The position numbers and the translations under genes are program-made. This document shows positions 30,331 through 40,057 of a stretch of 64,000 nt of DNA, in pieces. A model generated the notes under the pieces. That model saw only the letters and a program-made list of their open reading frames with translations, was not told the origin of the DNA and searched no databases. Origin of the DNA: an uncultured Pseudomonadota bacterium (GTDB lineage Bacteria > Pseudomonadota > Gammaproteobacteria > Burkholderiales > SG8-39); assembly GCA_963834845.1 (NCBI GenBank), contig CAWICY010000004.1:2969530-3033529 (forward strand), given 5' to 3'. The first letter of the stretch is position 1. Each line of letters opens with the position of its first letter.

Positions 30331-31428
30331 ATGAGAGTGGTCACGTTGTTCCTCGCAGGAGACGTCATGACCGGGCGCGGCATCGACCAGATCCTGCCGC
30401 AGCCGGGCAAGCCCGGGCTGTTCGAGCCGTGGGTGCGCTCGGCGCTCGATTACGTTGCGCTGGCCGAGCGCGCGAGCGGGCCGCTCGCGCGACCCGTGGC
30501 GTTCTCCTACGTGTGGGGCGACGCAATGGCGGAACTGGAACGCGCGAAGCCGGACGCGCGCATCGTCAACCTCGAGACCGCGGTGACGACGAGCGACGAC
30601 GCCTGGCCGGCGAAGGCCATCCACTACCGCATGCATCCGGGCAACGTGCCGTGCCTGACCGCGGCCGGGCTCGATTGCTGCGTGCTCGCCAACAACCACG
30701 TGCTCGACTGGGGCGGGGCGGGTCTCGCGGAGACGCTCGCAACGCTGCACGCCGCGGGGCTGCGCACCGCCGGCGCGGGGCGCGACGCGGCGGAGGCGCA
30801 GGCGCCCGCGGTGATCGAGTGCCGCCGCGGCGGCCGCGTGCTGGTGTTCGCCTTTGCCAGCGAGACGAGCGGCGTGCCGCGCGCCTGGGCCGCCGGGCCG
30901 CAGCATGCGGGGGTGAGCCTGCTCGAGGACCTGTCGGCGCGCAGCGTCGCTGCCGTCGCGCGGCGCATCGGCGCCGAGCGGCGCAGCGGCGACATCGTGG
31001 TCGCCTCCATACACTGGGGCGGCAACTGGGGCTACGGCATCGACTCGGCGCAGCGCGCCTTCGCGCGAGACTTGATCGACAGCGCGGGCGTCGACGTGGT
31101 GCACGGCCATTCGTCGCACCACCCGAAAGGCATCGAAGTGCACCGCGAGCGCCCGATCGTGTACGGCTGCGGCGACTTCATCACCGACTACGAGGGCATC
31201 GGCGGGCGCGAGGAATTCCGCCCCGAGCTCTCGCTGATGTACTTTCCCACGCTAGATGCGGACAGCGGCCGGTTGCTGAAACTCGCGCTAACGCCGATGC
31301 GGCTGCGCCGCATGCGGCTCGAACGCGCCGCACAGGGCGATGTCGCATGGCTGTGCGACGCGCTCGAAAAGCTCGGCACGCGGCTCGAGCCTCAGGCCGA
31401 TCGCACGCTGTCGCTGCGCTGGCACTAG
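30331..31428 (+). CDS. CapA-family (PGA_cap metallophosphatase-like) protein
   Basis: In ORF 30064..31428: [19 protein letters not shown]...[11 protein letters not shown]...[11 protein letters not shown]...[14 protein letters not shown]. An alternative start is ATG 30316. Confidence 0.8.
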   Translation: MRVVTLFLAGDVMTGRGIDQILPQPGKPGLFEPWVRSALDYVALAERASGPLARPVAFSYVWGDAMAELERAKPDARIVNLETAVTTSDDAWPAKAIHYRMHPGNVPCLTAAGLDCCVLANNHVLDWGGAGLAETLATLHAAGLRTAGAGRDAAEAQAPAVIECRRGGRVLVFAFASETSGVPRAWAAGPQHAGVSLLEDLSARSVAAVARRIGAERRSGDIVVASIHWGGNWGYGIDSAQRAFARDLIDSAGVDVVHGHSSHHPKGIEVHRERPIVYGCGDFITDYEGIGGREEFRPELSLMYFPTLDADSGRLLKLALTPMRLRRMRLERAAQGDVAWLCDALEKLGTRLEPQADRTLSLRWH

Positions 31429-31435
31429 GGGCGCC

Positions 31436-33847
31436 ATGACGGAGCTCATCGTCAACGGCAGGACGCACCAGGTGCAGGCCGACGCGGACAAGCCGCTGCT
31501 CTGGGTGCTGCGCGACCAGCTCGGGCTGAAGGGAACGAAGTACGGCTGCGGCGTCGGCCTATGCGGCGCCTGCGTGGTGCTGCTCGACGGCGCGCCCAAC
31601 CATGCCTGCATGGTGCCGCTGGCGCGCGTCGGCGCGCGCCGGGTGACCACGATCGAGGGCCTTGCCGCGGACCACCCGGTGCGGCGCGCGTGGGTCGACG
31701 AGCAGGTGCCGCAATGCGGCTACTGCCAGCCGGGGCAGATCCTGAGCGCCGCCGCGCTGCTGGCGACGGCGGCTGCGCCTTCGGACGGCCAGATCGACGA
31801 GGCAATGTCGGGCGTGTTGTGCCGCTGCGGCACCTATGCGCGCATCCGGCGCGCCGTGCATGCCGCGGCCGCCGGCAAGCCGCGGGGCGCCGCGCGTGCA
31901 AAGCTTCCCGACCTCCTTAGCGACCTGCCGCCGGACGCGGGCGCGCAGATGAACGACTGGATCTGGATCGATGGCGCCGGCACGGTCACGTTGATGATCA
32001 ACCATTCGGAGATGGGCCAGGGCGCGCTCACGGGGCTGGCCGCGCTCGCGGCCGAAGAGCTGGAGGTTCCTCTCGCGCGCGTGCGCACGGTTTTCGCGCC
32101 GGCCGATGCGCGCTACCGCAACGGCTACTGGGGCGAGCAGTTCACCGGCGGCTCGAGCAGCATGCGCGGCGAATGGACCCCGCTGCGCGAGGCGGCGGCG
32201 CGGACCCGCGTGCGCCTGGTGCGCGCCGCCGCGCGCCGCTGGGGCGTCGCGGCCGCGGCATGCCACGCCGCGGACGGCGAAGTGCTGCACCCGCCGAGCG
32301 GCCGGCGCCTCGGCTACGGCGAGCTGGGCGCCGAGGCCGCGCGGCTGGCCGAGCCGCGCCGCGCACCGCTCAAGGCGCGGGCCGATTGGCGCACCATCGG
32401 CAAGCCGCTCGCGCGCCTGGACATTCCAGCGATGTGCCTCGGGCAGACGCGCTACGGCATCGACGTCGCGCCCGCGGGCGCGCTGGTGGCGGTGGTGGCG
32501 CGCAGCCCGGTATTCGGCGGGCGCCCGAGGCGCTTCGACGACCGCGCGGCGCGCGCGATTCCCGGCGTGCGGCAGGTGCGCGCCATCGCAAGCGGCGTCG
32601 CGGTGGTGGCGGACGACTTCTGGTCGGCGCAGCGCGGGCGCGAAGCGCTGCGCATCGCGTGGCAGGCGGGCAGGCACGCGCGCCTGAGCGGCGCGCAGAT
32701 CGAGCGGCGCCTGCGCGCAGCGCTCGGGCGGGGCGGCAAGGCCGCGATCGAGGCCACCTACCACACGCCCTACCTCGCGCACGCCACCATTGAGCCGATG
32801 AACTGCGTCGCCGAGGTGCGGCGCGATGGCTGCGACGTATGGACCGGCACGCAGCACCAGGCCGAGACCCAGGCGGTGGCGGCGCGCATCGCCGGCATCG
32901 CCAAGGCAAAAGTGCGCGTCCATACCCAATTCCTCGGCGGCGGCTTCGGGCGGCGGCTGGAAACCGACTTCGTCGCCGAGGCGGTGGAACTGTCCAAGGC
33001 GCTCGGCAGCGCGGTGCAGGTGGTCTGGACGCGCGCCGACGACCTGCAGCACGACTTCTACCGTCCCGCGCACGCGGCGCGGATGCAGGCGAGCCTCGCC
33101 GAGAACGGGCTGCCCGCCGCCTGGCGCGTGCGCGTCGCCGGCCCGGAGCTCGCGCTCGACGGCATCAACGTGCCGTATGCGGTGCCGGGCCTGCGCGAGG
33201 AGCGTGTCGAGGTCGCGTCGCCGCTGCCGACCGGGCCGTGGCGCTCGGTCGGCGCGTCGAACAACGCCTTCGCCATCGAGTGCTTCATCGACGAGCTCGC
33301 GCACCGCGCCGGGCGCGATCCGCTCGAGTACCGGCTCGCGCTGCTCGCCAACGCGCCGCGCCACGCCGCCGTGCTGCGGCTGGCGGCCGCGCGCGCCGGC
33401 TGGGGCGCGCCCCTCGAGCCCGGCCGTGGCCGCGGCGTCGCGGTGTACGAATCCTTCGGCAGCGTCGTCGCACAGGTGATCGAGGCGCGCGCCGCCGGGC
33501 GGGCGATCCGCGTCGAGCGCGTGGTGTGCGCGATCGATTGCGGTATCGCCGTGCTGCCCGATGCGGTGCACGCGCAGCTCGAAGGCAGCGTCGCGCTCGG
33601 CCTGTCGGCGGCGCTGAAAGAGCAGATCCGCGTGGCATCGGGCCGCGTGCGGCAGGCGAGCTTCGCCGACTACCCGATCCTGACGCTCGCCGAAATGCCG
33701 CCGGTCGAGACGCACATCCTTGAAAGCAGCGCCGAGCCGGGCGGCGTCGGCGAGCCGGCGGTGCCGGTCGTCGCACCGGCGCTGGCGAACGCGGTGTTCG
33801 CGGCGAGCGGGCGGCGGCTGCGCCGCCTGCCGCTGCGCCTACGATGA
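31436..33847 (+). CDS. fused (2Fe-2S)-binding subunit and molybdopterin-binding subunit of an IorAB/aldehyde-oxidase-type oxidoreductase
   Basis: Starts at the internal ATG 31436. The N-terminus [13 protein letters not shown]...[16 protein letters not shown]...[10 protein letters not shown]...[10 protein letters not shown] is IorA-like. It continues without a stop into ...[21 protein letters not shown]...[15 protein letters not shown]...GGGFGRR...[28 protein letters not shown], which is IorB-like. Confidence 0.8.
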   Translation: MTELIVNGRTHQVQADADKPLLWVLRDQLGLKGTKYGCGVGLCGACVVLLDGAPNHACMVPLARVGARRVTTIEGLAADHPVRRAWVDEQVPQCGYCQPGQILSAAALLATAAAPSDGQIDEAMSGVLCRCGTYARIRRAVHAAAAGKPRGAARAKLPDLLSDLPPDAGAQMNDWIWIDGAGTVTLMINHSEMGQGALTGLAALAAEELEVPLARVRTVFAPADARYRNGYWGEQFTGGSSSMRGEWTPLREAAARTRVRLVRAAARRWGVAAAACHAADGEVLHPPSGRRLGYGELGAEAARLAEPRRAPLKARADWRTIGKPLARLDIPAMCLGQTRYGIDVAPAGALVAVVARSPVFGGRPRRFDDRAARAIPGVRQVRAIASGVAVVADDFWSAQRGREALRIAWQAGRHARLSGAQIERRLRAALGRGGKAAIEATYHTPYLAHATIEPMNCVAEVRRDGCDVWTGTQHQAETQAVAARIAGIAKAKVRVHTQFLGGGFGRRLETDFVAEAVELSKALGSAVQVVWTRADDLQHDFYRPAHAARMQASLAENGLPAAWRVRVAGPELALDGINVPYAVPGLREERVEVASPLPTGPWRSVGASNNAFAIECFIDELAHRAGRDPLEYRLALLANAPRHAAVLRLAAARAGWGAPLEPGRGRGVAVYESFGSVVAQVIEARAAGRAIRVERVVCAIDCGIAVLPDAVHAQLEGSVALGLSAALKEQIRVASGRVRQASFADYPILTLAEMPPVETHILESSAEPGGVGEPAVPVVAPALANAVFAASGRRLRRLPLRLR

Positions 33848-33862
33848 GCAAAGGAGGCAACC

Positions 33863-34165
33863 ATGCCAAGCTTCGTCATGTTGACCAGGATCGATCCCGG
33901 GGCGCTCGGCAGCGCCCGTGCGCTCGAGGAGCTCGAGCAACGCGCGGCCCAGAGCATCCGCAAGCAGTGCCCGCAGGTGAAGTGGCTGTGGAGCTACGCG
34001 GTACTCGGGCCGTATGACTACGTGGATGTGTTCGAGGCGCCGGACATCGAGACCGCAGCCAAGGTCTCGACGCTGATGCGCGTCAGCGGCCGGGCGCATT
34101 CGGAAATCTGGGCGGCAACGGAATGGTCGAAGTTCAAGAAAATGATCCACGACATGCCGTCCTGA
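33863..34165 (+). CDS. GYD-domain protein
   Basis: 100-aa ORF: [12 protein letters not shown]...[27 protein letters not shown]. Confidence 0.75.
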   Translation: MPSFVMLTRIDPGALGSARALEELEQRAAQSIRKQCPQVKWLWSYAVLGPYDYVDVFEAPDIETAAKVSTLMRVSGRAHSEIWAATEWSKFKKMIHDMPS

Positions 34166-35031
34166 GCGCGCGGCTGCAGCGCCACGTGGAGTGGCTCGCC
34201 GGCTGCATCGGCGAGCGCAACGTGTGGCGGCCGGCGGCGCTGGCGGCCGCCGCGGCCTACATCCGCGGCGAATTCGAGGCGCTCGGCTGCGAGGTCGCCG
34301 CGCAGCGCTATCGCGCCGCCGACGTCGACTGCGACAACCTCGAGGTCGTTATGCCTGGAAGCGCGTTGCGGGGCGAGATCATCGTCGTCGGTGCGCACTA
34401 CGACACCGTGCAGGGCAGTCCCGGCGCCGACGACAACGCGAGCGGCGTCGCGGCGCTGCTCGAGATCGCACGCGCCCTGCGCGGCGCGCGGCTCCGGCGC
34501 ACGGTGAAGCTGGTGGCGTTTGTCAACGAGGAGCCTCCTTTCTTCTACTGGGGCGAGATGGGCAGCAAGGTCTATGCGCGCGCGGCGCGCCGCCGCGGCG
34601 ACGACATCCGCGTCATGCTGTCGCTGGAGATGCTCGGCTGCTACGACGACCGGCCCGGCAGCCAGGCCTACCCGCCGTTGCTCAAGTGGCTCTACCCGGA
34701 CCGCGGCAACTTCATCGCCTTCGTCTCCAACCTCGCGTCGCGCCGCGCGCTGCGCGAGGTGGTGGCGGCGTTTCGCGCGCGCAGCGACTTTCCGGCCGAG
34801 CGGCTCGCCGCCCCGGCGCTGGTGCCCGGCGTTTCGTGGAGCGACCAGATATCGTTCTGGCGCGCCGGCTATACGGCGGTGATGGTCACCGACACTGCGT
34901 TCTACCGCAATCCGCACTATCACAGCGCCTCGGACACCCCCGACCGGCTGCGCTATCCCGAGATGGCGCGCGTCGTCGAGGGGCTCGCCGCCACCGTCGC
35001 GGCGCTCGCCGAGGCGCCAAAGAAGGAGTGA
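34123..35031 (+). CDS. M28-family aminopeptidase-like protein
   Basis: 302-aa ORF: [34 protein letters not shown]...[12 protein letters not shown]. The start is uncertain; the ORF overlaps the GYD gene by 43 nt. Confidence 0.75.
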   Translation: MVEVQENDPRHAVLSARLQRHVEWLAGCIGERNVWRPAALAAAAAYIRGEFEALGCEVAAQRYRAADVDCDNLEVVMPGSALRGEIIVVGAHYDTVQGSPGADDNASGVAALLEIARALRGARLRRTVKLVAFVNEEPPFFYWGEMGSKVYARAARRRGDDIRVMLSLEMLGCYDDRPGSQAYPPLLKWLYPDRGNFIAFVSNLASRRALREVVAAFRARSDFPAERLAAPALVPGVSWSDQISFWRAGYTAVMVTDTAFYRNPHYHSASDTPDRLRYPEMARVVEGLAATVAALAEAPKKE

Positions 35032-35036
35032 GCGGC

Positions 35037-35243
35037 ATGCACGCGCACGGCAAGAGACGTGTGCTGCGGCTCGCCGAGCGCGTGTTCGGCGAGCCGGCCA
35101 AGGCGCGCCAGTGGCTCAGCCGGCCGAGCGTGCAGCTCGGCGGGCGCACGCCGCTCGAGGTGCTCGGCAGCGAGGACGGCGCGCGGCGCGTCGAGGAGCT
35201 GCTCGCCCAGATCGATGACGACGACCGCCTCGGCATCGACTAG
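35037..35243 (+). CDS. stand-alone DUF2384 (MbcA/ParS/Xre antitoxin-type toxin-binding) domain protein
   Basis: 68 aa from the internal ATG 35037: ...AERVFGEPAKARQWLSRPSVQLGGRTPLEVLGSEDGARRVEELLAQID. Confidence 0.6.
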   Translation: MHAHGKRRVLRLAERVFGEPAKARQWLSRPSVQLGGRTPLEVLGSEDGARRVEELLAQIDDDDRLGID

Positions 35244-36168
35244 CGCCGAGAGCGCCTTCGCTCCGGCCTACCTCGCCTTGCTCGCAACCGGCGGGCTGGC
35301 GCAGCGCGCCGCTGACGCGCACGAGCACCTGCAGGACTGCGACCTGTGCGCGCGCTACTGCCGCGTCGATCGTCTCGCCGGCATCGAGGGCGCGGTGTGC
35401 CGTACCGGCGAGCGCGCCGTGGTGGCGAGCTACGGCGCGCACCGCGGCGAGGAGGACCCGCTGCGCGGCTGGGGCGGGTCGGGAACGATCTTCTTCGGCT
35501 GGTGCAACCTGCGTTGCGTGTACTGCCAGAACTGGGACATCTCGCAGCGTGCCACCGGGCGCGAGGTGGGTCCGGCCGAGCTCGCCGACATGATGCTCGC
35601 GCTGCAGGCGCAGGGCTGCCACAACATCAACCTGGTCTCGCCGAGCCACGTCGTGGCGCAGATCATCGCCGCGGTGCTCGACGCGGCCGGCCGCGGGCTG
35701 CACCTGCCGCTGGTGTACAACACCGGCGGCTACGACAGCCTCGAGGCGCTGCGCCTGCTGGACGGCATCGTTGACATTTACATGCCGGACATGAAGTACG
35801 GCGACTCGGCGCGCGCGCGCAAGTACTCCAAGGTGCGCGACTACGTCGAGGCGAACCGCGCCGCGGTCAAGGAGATGCACCGCCAGGTCGGCGACCTGGT
35901 GATCGACGCGCAGGGCATCGCGCGGCGCGGCTTGCTCGTGCGCCACCTGGTGCTGCCACACGGCATCGCCGGGACCGGCGCGGTGCTCGCCTTTCTCGCC
36001 GGCGAAGTCTCGCGCAATACTTACGTCAACCTTATGGACCAGTACCGTCCATGCTACCGCGCGGACGAATACCCCGAGCTTGACCGGCCGGTCGGCCCGG
36101 CCGAATACCGCGAGGCGCTCGCCAGCGCCGCGCGCCACGGCCTGGCGCGCCTCGACCGGCCCCATTGA
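35215..36168 (+). CDS. radical SAM protein (PflX/COG1313-like activase)
   Basis: In ORF 35059..36168: PAYLALLATGGL...LQDCDLCARYCRVDR...GTIFFGWCNLRCVYCQNWDIS (CxxxCxxC). The assigned start ATG 35215 overlaps the preceding ORF by 29 nt and is uncertain. Confidence 0.8.
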   Translation: MTTTASASTSAESAFAPAYLALLATGGLAQRAADAHEHLQDCDLCARYCRVDRLAGIEGAVCRTGERAVVASYGAHRGEEDPLRGWGGSGTIFFGWCNLRCVYCQNWDISQRATGREVGPAELADMMLALQAQGCHNINLVSPSHVVAQIIAAVLDAAGRGLHLPLVYNTGGYDSLEALRLLDGIVDIYMPDMKYGDSARARKYSKVRDYVEANRAAVKEMHRQVGDLVIDAQGIARRGLLVRHLVLPHGIAGTGAVLAFLAGEVSRNTYVNLMDQYRPCYRADEYPELDRPVGPAEYREALASAARHGLARLDRPH

Positions 36169-36250
36169 CGCCTGCCGATCTCCGGCATATGGTACTTTTG
36201 TACTAACAAGGAACGCCCATCGCGTTGATCCGAACGTCCAGTTGCGCTGA

Positions 36251-36649
36251 ATGACAAGCAGCCTGTTCGTTTCGTTCGAGCTCCATTCGCCGGCGGCGAA
36301 CTATCACGCCGTGGAGGACGCGATCGCCGCGCTCGGGCAGACGGTTCGCGTTCACACGTGCTTCTGGTACGTGGAATCGGGACTGGGCCCTCAGGAGGCC
36401 GCCGCGAAATTGTGGCAAGTGATGGACGAACGCGACTCGGTCATCGTCGTCGATGCGAGCCATCATGAAGCCGGCTGGAAGCACGTGTCGATGGACGTGG
36501 CGGAATTCATCAAGACGCATTGGCGCCCCGAGGGGCGGCCGGCGGGAGGGCAAGAGCTTCCCAGAATCCTGGTTTCGCGCATGCGTCCGCAGGACGCCGC
36601 ACTGTTGCGCCCTCGACAGCCCGCTCAGGGAGAGGACGCAGAGCTCTAA
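36251..36649 (+). CDS. hypothetical protein
   Basis: 132-aa ORF. The first ~90 residues look globular (SLFVSFELHSPAANYHAVEDAIAALGQTVRVHTCFWYVES...VIVVDASHHEAGW). No family recognised. Confidence 0.5.
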   Translation: MTSSLFVSFELHSPAANYHAVEDAIAALGQTVRVHTCFWYVESGLGPQEAAAKLWQVMDERDSVIVVDASHHEAGWKHVSMDVAEFIKTHWRPEGRPAGGQELPRILVSRMRPQDAALLRPRQPAQGEDAEL

Positions 36650-36849
36650 CCCGTTCGCAGGCGTGCGAGCGCGAGCTCGAGCAGCTGGTGGATCGCGCTG
36701 CTGTAGACCAGAGTCTTCACCGCGAGCGCGAGCGTGGTGGACGCGAGGAAGCGCACGAGTGGCAGCCGCAAGGTCCCCGAGGCGTAGTTGATCGGCGGCC
36801 ACGCCGCGGCGAGGCGCAGTGTTTGCGGCGGAGCGCACTTGCCGTTCAT
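36646..36849 (-). CDS. hypothetical small protein (tentative)
   Basis: 67-aa ORF 16 nt after the SAM-synthetase stop. Third-position G+C is very high in this frame. No family recognised. Confidence 0.3.
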   Translation of the reverse strand: MNGKCAPPQTLRLAAAWPPINYASGTLRLPLVRFLASTTLALAVKTLVYSSAIHQLLELALARLRTG

Positions 36850-36865
36850 TTCGTTCGTGTCGCGC

Positions 36866-38056
36866 TCACCAAACCTGCTGCGGGCCCTCGAGCAGCTCGC
36901 GCCACAGCTCGCCGAGGCGACTCAAATGGTCGCCGGCCAGTTCGGCGACGCGCGGCCGCAGCGCCGCGAGCGCGGCGGGCTCTGCGAGCCGCAACTTCAG
37001 GTCCATGAGCTGCGGCTCGGTGATCGGGCGGCCGATGCGGCTCACCAGGTAGCAGTAGGCTTCTTGCACGCCGGCGATCTCGGCGACCAGCGCGCGCGCG
37101 ATGCGGTTGGCGAGCAGGTTGTACAGCTTGCCGACGTGCGTCACGGGGTTCTTGCCCGCGGCCGCTTCCAGGCTCATCGGGCGGTACGGCGTGATCAGGC
37201 CATTGACGCGGTTGCCGCGACCCACCTGGCCGTCGTCGCCCGCCTCGGCCGACAGGCCGGTCACCGTCAGGTACACGCTGTCGGCGGTGTCGCCGTCGGC
37301 TGTGTTGACGGCGATCTCGGCCCCGCCGCCGGCCGCCGCGGCCGCGATCTCGCGGATGCGCGCTTTCTTGCGGCGGTAATCGTCGAGGCTGGCGACGTGC
37401 CGTCCGACCAGCGCGCAGGCGATGGTAAGCACCATGTCGCCGCTGCTGCGCACGCCCATGACCTTGATGTCCTCGCCGACCTCGGGCTGCGCGGCCTTGA
37501 CCTCGGGCGAGTTGAGCCTGCGCTCGACTGCGAGCACCGCGCGCTCGAGCGGGTCGAGCGGCGCGAAGCCGACGCCGAGCGAGGTGTCGTTGGCGAGCGG
37601 CGCGCCGCCTTCGCGCCGGCGCAGGAACAGCGCCGCGAGGTCGGGCGAGGCGGGGCGGATGCGCGGGTGGATGCGGACCTGGTGCTCGGAGTCGAGGTGG
37701 CGCAGGTTCTCACGCAGCCAGCGGTGGCTTTCCTCGATCGCGATCTCGTCCACGGGAATCGTCACGCCCTCGAACTGCGCGGTGGCGCGCCCGGCCAGGT
37801 AGATGTCGATCGGTTCGATGACCTCGCCGCCGCCGAACGCGGGCCGCGCCGCGCCGCCGCACAGCAGCGCCTTGTCGACGTTGTGGTGCAGGATCACGCC
37901 GCAGCGCAGGAGGTAGAAGCGCGAAAGAGCGCGGCTCAGGTTCTCGGTGAGCGCATCGCAAATGGTGTCGGGATGCCCGAGTCCCTTGCGCTCCACGATT
38001 TCGAGTGGCAGCGATGCGGGCGAGGGCGCTTCAAGAAGGCTGATGACGGGCTTCAC
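36866..38056 (-). CDS. archaeal-type S-adenosylmethionine synthetase (methionine adenosyltransferase, PF01941 type)
   Basis: In ORF 36866..38248, with a GTG start at 38056. EIVERKGLGHPDTICD, ILHHNVDKALL, PLANDTSLGVGFAPL, GEDIKVMG, YLTVTGLSAEAGDDGQVGRGNRVNGLITPYRPMSLEAAAGKNPVTHVGKLYNLLAN are colinear with the Methanocaldococcus MAT as I remember it. Confidence 0.85.
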   Translation of the reverse strand: MKPVISLLEAPSPASLPLEIVERKGLGHPDTICDALTENLSRALSRFYLLRCGVILHHNVDKALLCGGAARPAFGGGEVIEPIDIYLAGRATAQFEGVTIPVDEIAIEESHRWLRENLRHLDSEHQVRIHPRIRPASPDLAALFLRRREGGAPLANDTSLGVGFAPLDPLERAVLAVERRLNSPEVKAAQPEVGEDIKVMGVRSSGDMVLTIACALVGRHVASLDDYRRKKARIREIAAAAAGGGAEIAVNTADGDTADSVYLTVTGLSAEAGDDGQVGRGNRVNGLITPYRPMSLEAAAGKNPVTHVGKLYNLLANRIARALVAEIAGVQEAYCYLVSRIGRPITEPQLMDLKLRLAEPAALAALRPRVAELAGDHLSRLGELWRELLEGPQQVW

Positions 38057-38675
38057 CGAGCAGCCTGACCACCTCTTCGTCCTCGACCTGCGGAAATTCG
38101 CGGTAGAACTGACCGACCGCGTAGAACTCGGCCGGCGCAGCCAGGCAGACGACCTTGTCGGCGTACGGGCGCACGCGCTCCAGGCTGTCCGGCGCCGCGA
38201 CCGGCACCGCGCAGACGAGCTCCTGCGGCCCCTTTGCGCGTACGGCATGCAGCGCCGCGATCATGCTGGCCCCGGTGGCGAGCCCGTCATCGACCACGAT
38301 CGCGATGCGTCCGGCGAGATCGAGCGGCGGGCGGGCCGGCGTATAGCGCGCGCGCCGCTCGCGCAGCGTCTGGAGCTGCAGCTGCTTTTCGCGCTCGATG
38401 TGCGCCGGGTCGGCGCCGACGCTCGCGGCATGCGGGGCGACGTAGGTCCACCCCGTCTCGTCGACCGCCCCGACGGCCAGCTCGGGGTTGCCCGGCGCGC
38501 GCAGCTTGCGCACCAGCACGACGTCGAGCTCGCCTTGGAGCGCCTCGGCGAGCACGGCAGCCATGCCCACGGCGCCGCGCGGGATCGCCAGCACCAGCGG
38601 GTTGCGCCCGCGATACTGCGCCAGCGCCTCGGCCAGCTGGCGCGCAGCGTCGATGCGCGTTGCGAATTTCTTCAT
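38031..38675 (-). CDS. phosphoribosyltransferase-family protein (paralog 2)
   Basis: 214-aa ORF with the PRPP loop IAIVVDDGLATGASM. Same architecture as 2178..2855. Confidence 0.8.
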   Translation of the reverse strand: MKKFATRIDAARQLAEALAQYRGRNPLVLAIPRGAVGMAAVLAEALQGELDVVLVRKLRAPGNPELAVGAVDETGWTYVAPHAASVGADPAHIEREKQLQLQTLRERRARYTPARPPLDLAGRIAIVVDDGLATGASMIAALHAVRAKGPQELVCAVPVAAPDSLERVRPYADKVVCLAAPAEFYAVGQFYREFPQVEDEEVVRLLGEARHQPS

Positions 38676-38690
38676 TGAGCCGAGCTCGAG

Positions 38691-39188
38691 CTACTCGAAG
38701 CGGATCAGCGGCTCCGCCGGCGCGTTCGCACCGTGACGCCGGATCAGCTCGTCGATCTCGCCGAGCAGGGTGACCTCTTCGTCCTCCTCGAGCGTGCCCT
38801 CGCCGACGAGCCGCGCCATCAGCCCCGCGCTCATCGCCCGGCGCACGGCGCCGAGGGTCGGCGAGTCGAGCAGCGTGGGATCGTTCATCGCCTCCTCGAT
38901 CACCCGCGACAATCCCTCGCTCGCGCGCTTCAGCACGAAATCGAGCGCCAGCGCCTCGGGGCCGAACTCCGCGATCAGCGCATCGAGCTCGACCAGCAGC
39001 GACTCCTGGTCCTGCGGGTGGAGGTACTCGGTCTCGCGCACCTTCGGACGGCTGTGCGCGAGCATTGCGGCGCGCGCTTCGCCAAGTGTCTGCGGCGGCG
39101 CCTCGCCCTGCTCGGTGAGCTTCTCGATGGCCGCCGAAAGCCTGGCGCTGACTCGGGTCGCGACGTCGATGGAGGGTCTGATCGTCAT
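38691..39188 (-). CDS. hypothetical all-helical protein
   Basis: 165-aa ORF. ATGA overlap with the methyltransferase stop. No family recognised. Confidence 0.55.
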   Translation of the reverse strand: MTIRPSIDVATRVSARLSAAIEKLTEQGEAPPQTLGEARAAMLAHSRPKVRETEYLHPQDQESLLVELDALIAEFGPEALALDFVLKRASEGLSRVIEEAMNDPTLLDSPTLGAVRRAMSAGLMARLVGEGTLEEDEEVTLLGEIDELIRRHGANAPAEPLIRFE

Positions 39189-39895
39189 GGACGCAATGTT
39201 GCTACCGCTCCGCGCCGGCCGGTTTGACCGGGATCAAGCTGCGGCGCCGATGCGGCCGCCGCGGCGTGCGACGCGCGGTTGACGCACGCGAGCAGCGTGG
39301 CGTAGCCGAACAGGTTGGTGCGGCGCGTTTCGACCACGTCGAGCTGTGCGGCGGCGAGGAAGCGCTCGAGATCCATGTCGCCGCGGTAGCGCAGCACGCG
39401 GTACACCGGCTCGAGCAGCGTCTCGCACAGGCGCAGCAGGAAGCTGCGCGTACGGAAGTGCTGCACGATGACGATGGTCCCGCCGGGGCGGCACACGCGC
39501 CGCATCTCGTTCACGGCGCGCACCGGATGGGGCAGGCCCGAGAGCGCGAACATCAGCGCTACCTTGTCGAAACTGCCGTCCGCGAACGCCAGGCGACCGG
39601 CGTCCATCTGCACCAGCGCCTCGACCTGCGCCAGGCCACGCGCGGCGACGCGCGCCGCGGCCTTGGCGAGCATCTCGCGCGACACGTCGATGCCGGTGAC
39701 GCGCACCTCGCGCGGGTACAGCGGCAGCGACAGGCCCGTGCCCACGCACACTTCGAGCACCCGGTCGCCGGGACGGCAGTCGAGCGCCTTGAGTGCGGCA
39801 CGGCGCCCGGGCGCGAGGCTCGCGCCGAACACCAGGTCGTACAGCGGAGCGAAGCGGCGATAGCCACGCTGGCTGAGTTCGATCGCTGATTTCAT
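39185..39895 (-). CDS. class I SAM-dependent methyltransferase (UbiE/PmtA-like)
   Basis: 236-aa ORF: YDLVFGASL...GDRVLEVCVGTGLSLPLY (motif I)...DKVALMFALSGL...RVCRPGGTIVIV. Confidence 0.8.
   Translation of the reverse strand: MKSAIELSQRGYRRFAPLYDLVFGASLAPGRRAALKALDCRPGDRVLEVCVGTGLSLPLYPREVRVTGIDVSREMLAKAAARVAARGLAQVEALVQMDAGRLAFADGSFDKVALMFALSGLPHPVRAVNEMRRVCRPGGTIVIVQHFRTRSFLLRLCETLLEPVYRVLRYRGDMDLERFLAAAQLDVVETRRTNLFGYATLLACVNRASHAAAAASAPQLDPGQTGRRGAVATLRP
39224..39237. promoter_or_regulatory. FNR/Anr-type box TTGACCGGGATCAA inside the 3' tail of the methyltransferase ORF
   Basis: Centred 42 nt before ATG 39188 of the 165-aa ORF. Identical 14-mer to the box at 41479. Confidence 0.45.
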
Positions 39896-39986
39896 CTCAG
39901 GTCAGGTATTCGATTCGGGAAAGCTTAGCACCACGCATTCCGGCACCGAGGCACCACCCAGTGTCGCTGTTGCGGCGCGCCCGGTC

Positions 39987-40000
39987 TTGATCGCGGTCAA
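39987..40000. promoter_or_regulatory. FNR/Anr-type box TTGATCGCGGTCAA in the divergent methyltransferase / M50 protease spacer
   Basis: Centred 64 nt before ATG 40058 and 98 nt before ATG 39895. Confidence 0.5.
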
Positions 40001-40057
40001 ATCGCCGGGCATTCGATCGACGACAATGACCCTGAACATGACTGAACCACGAGCCCG

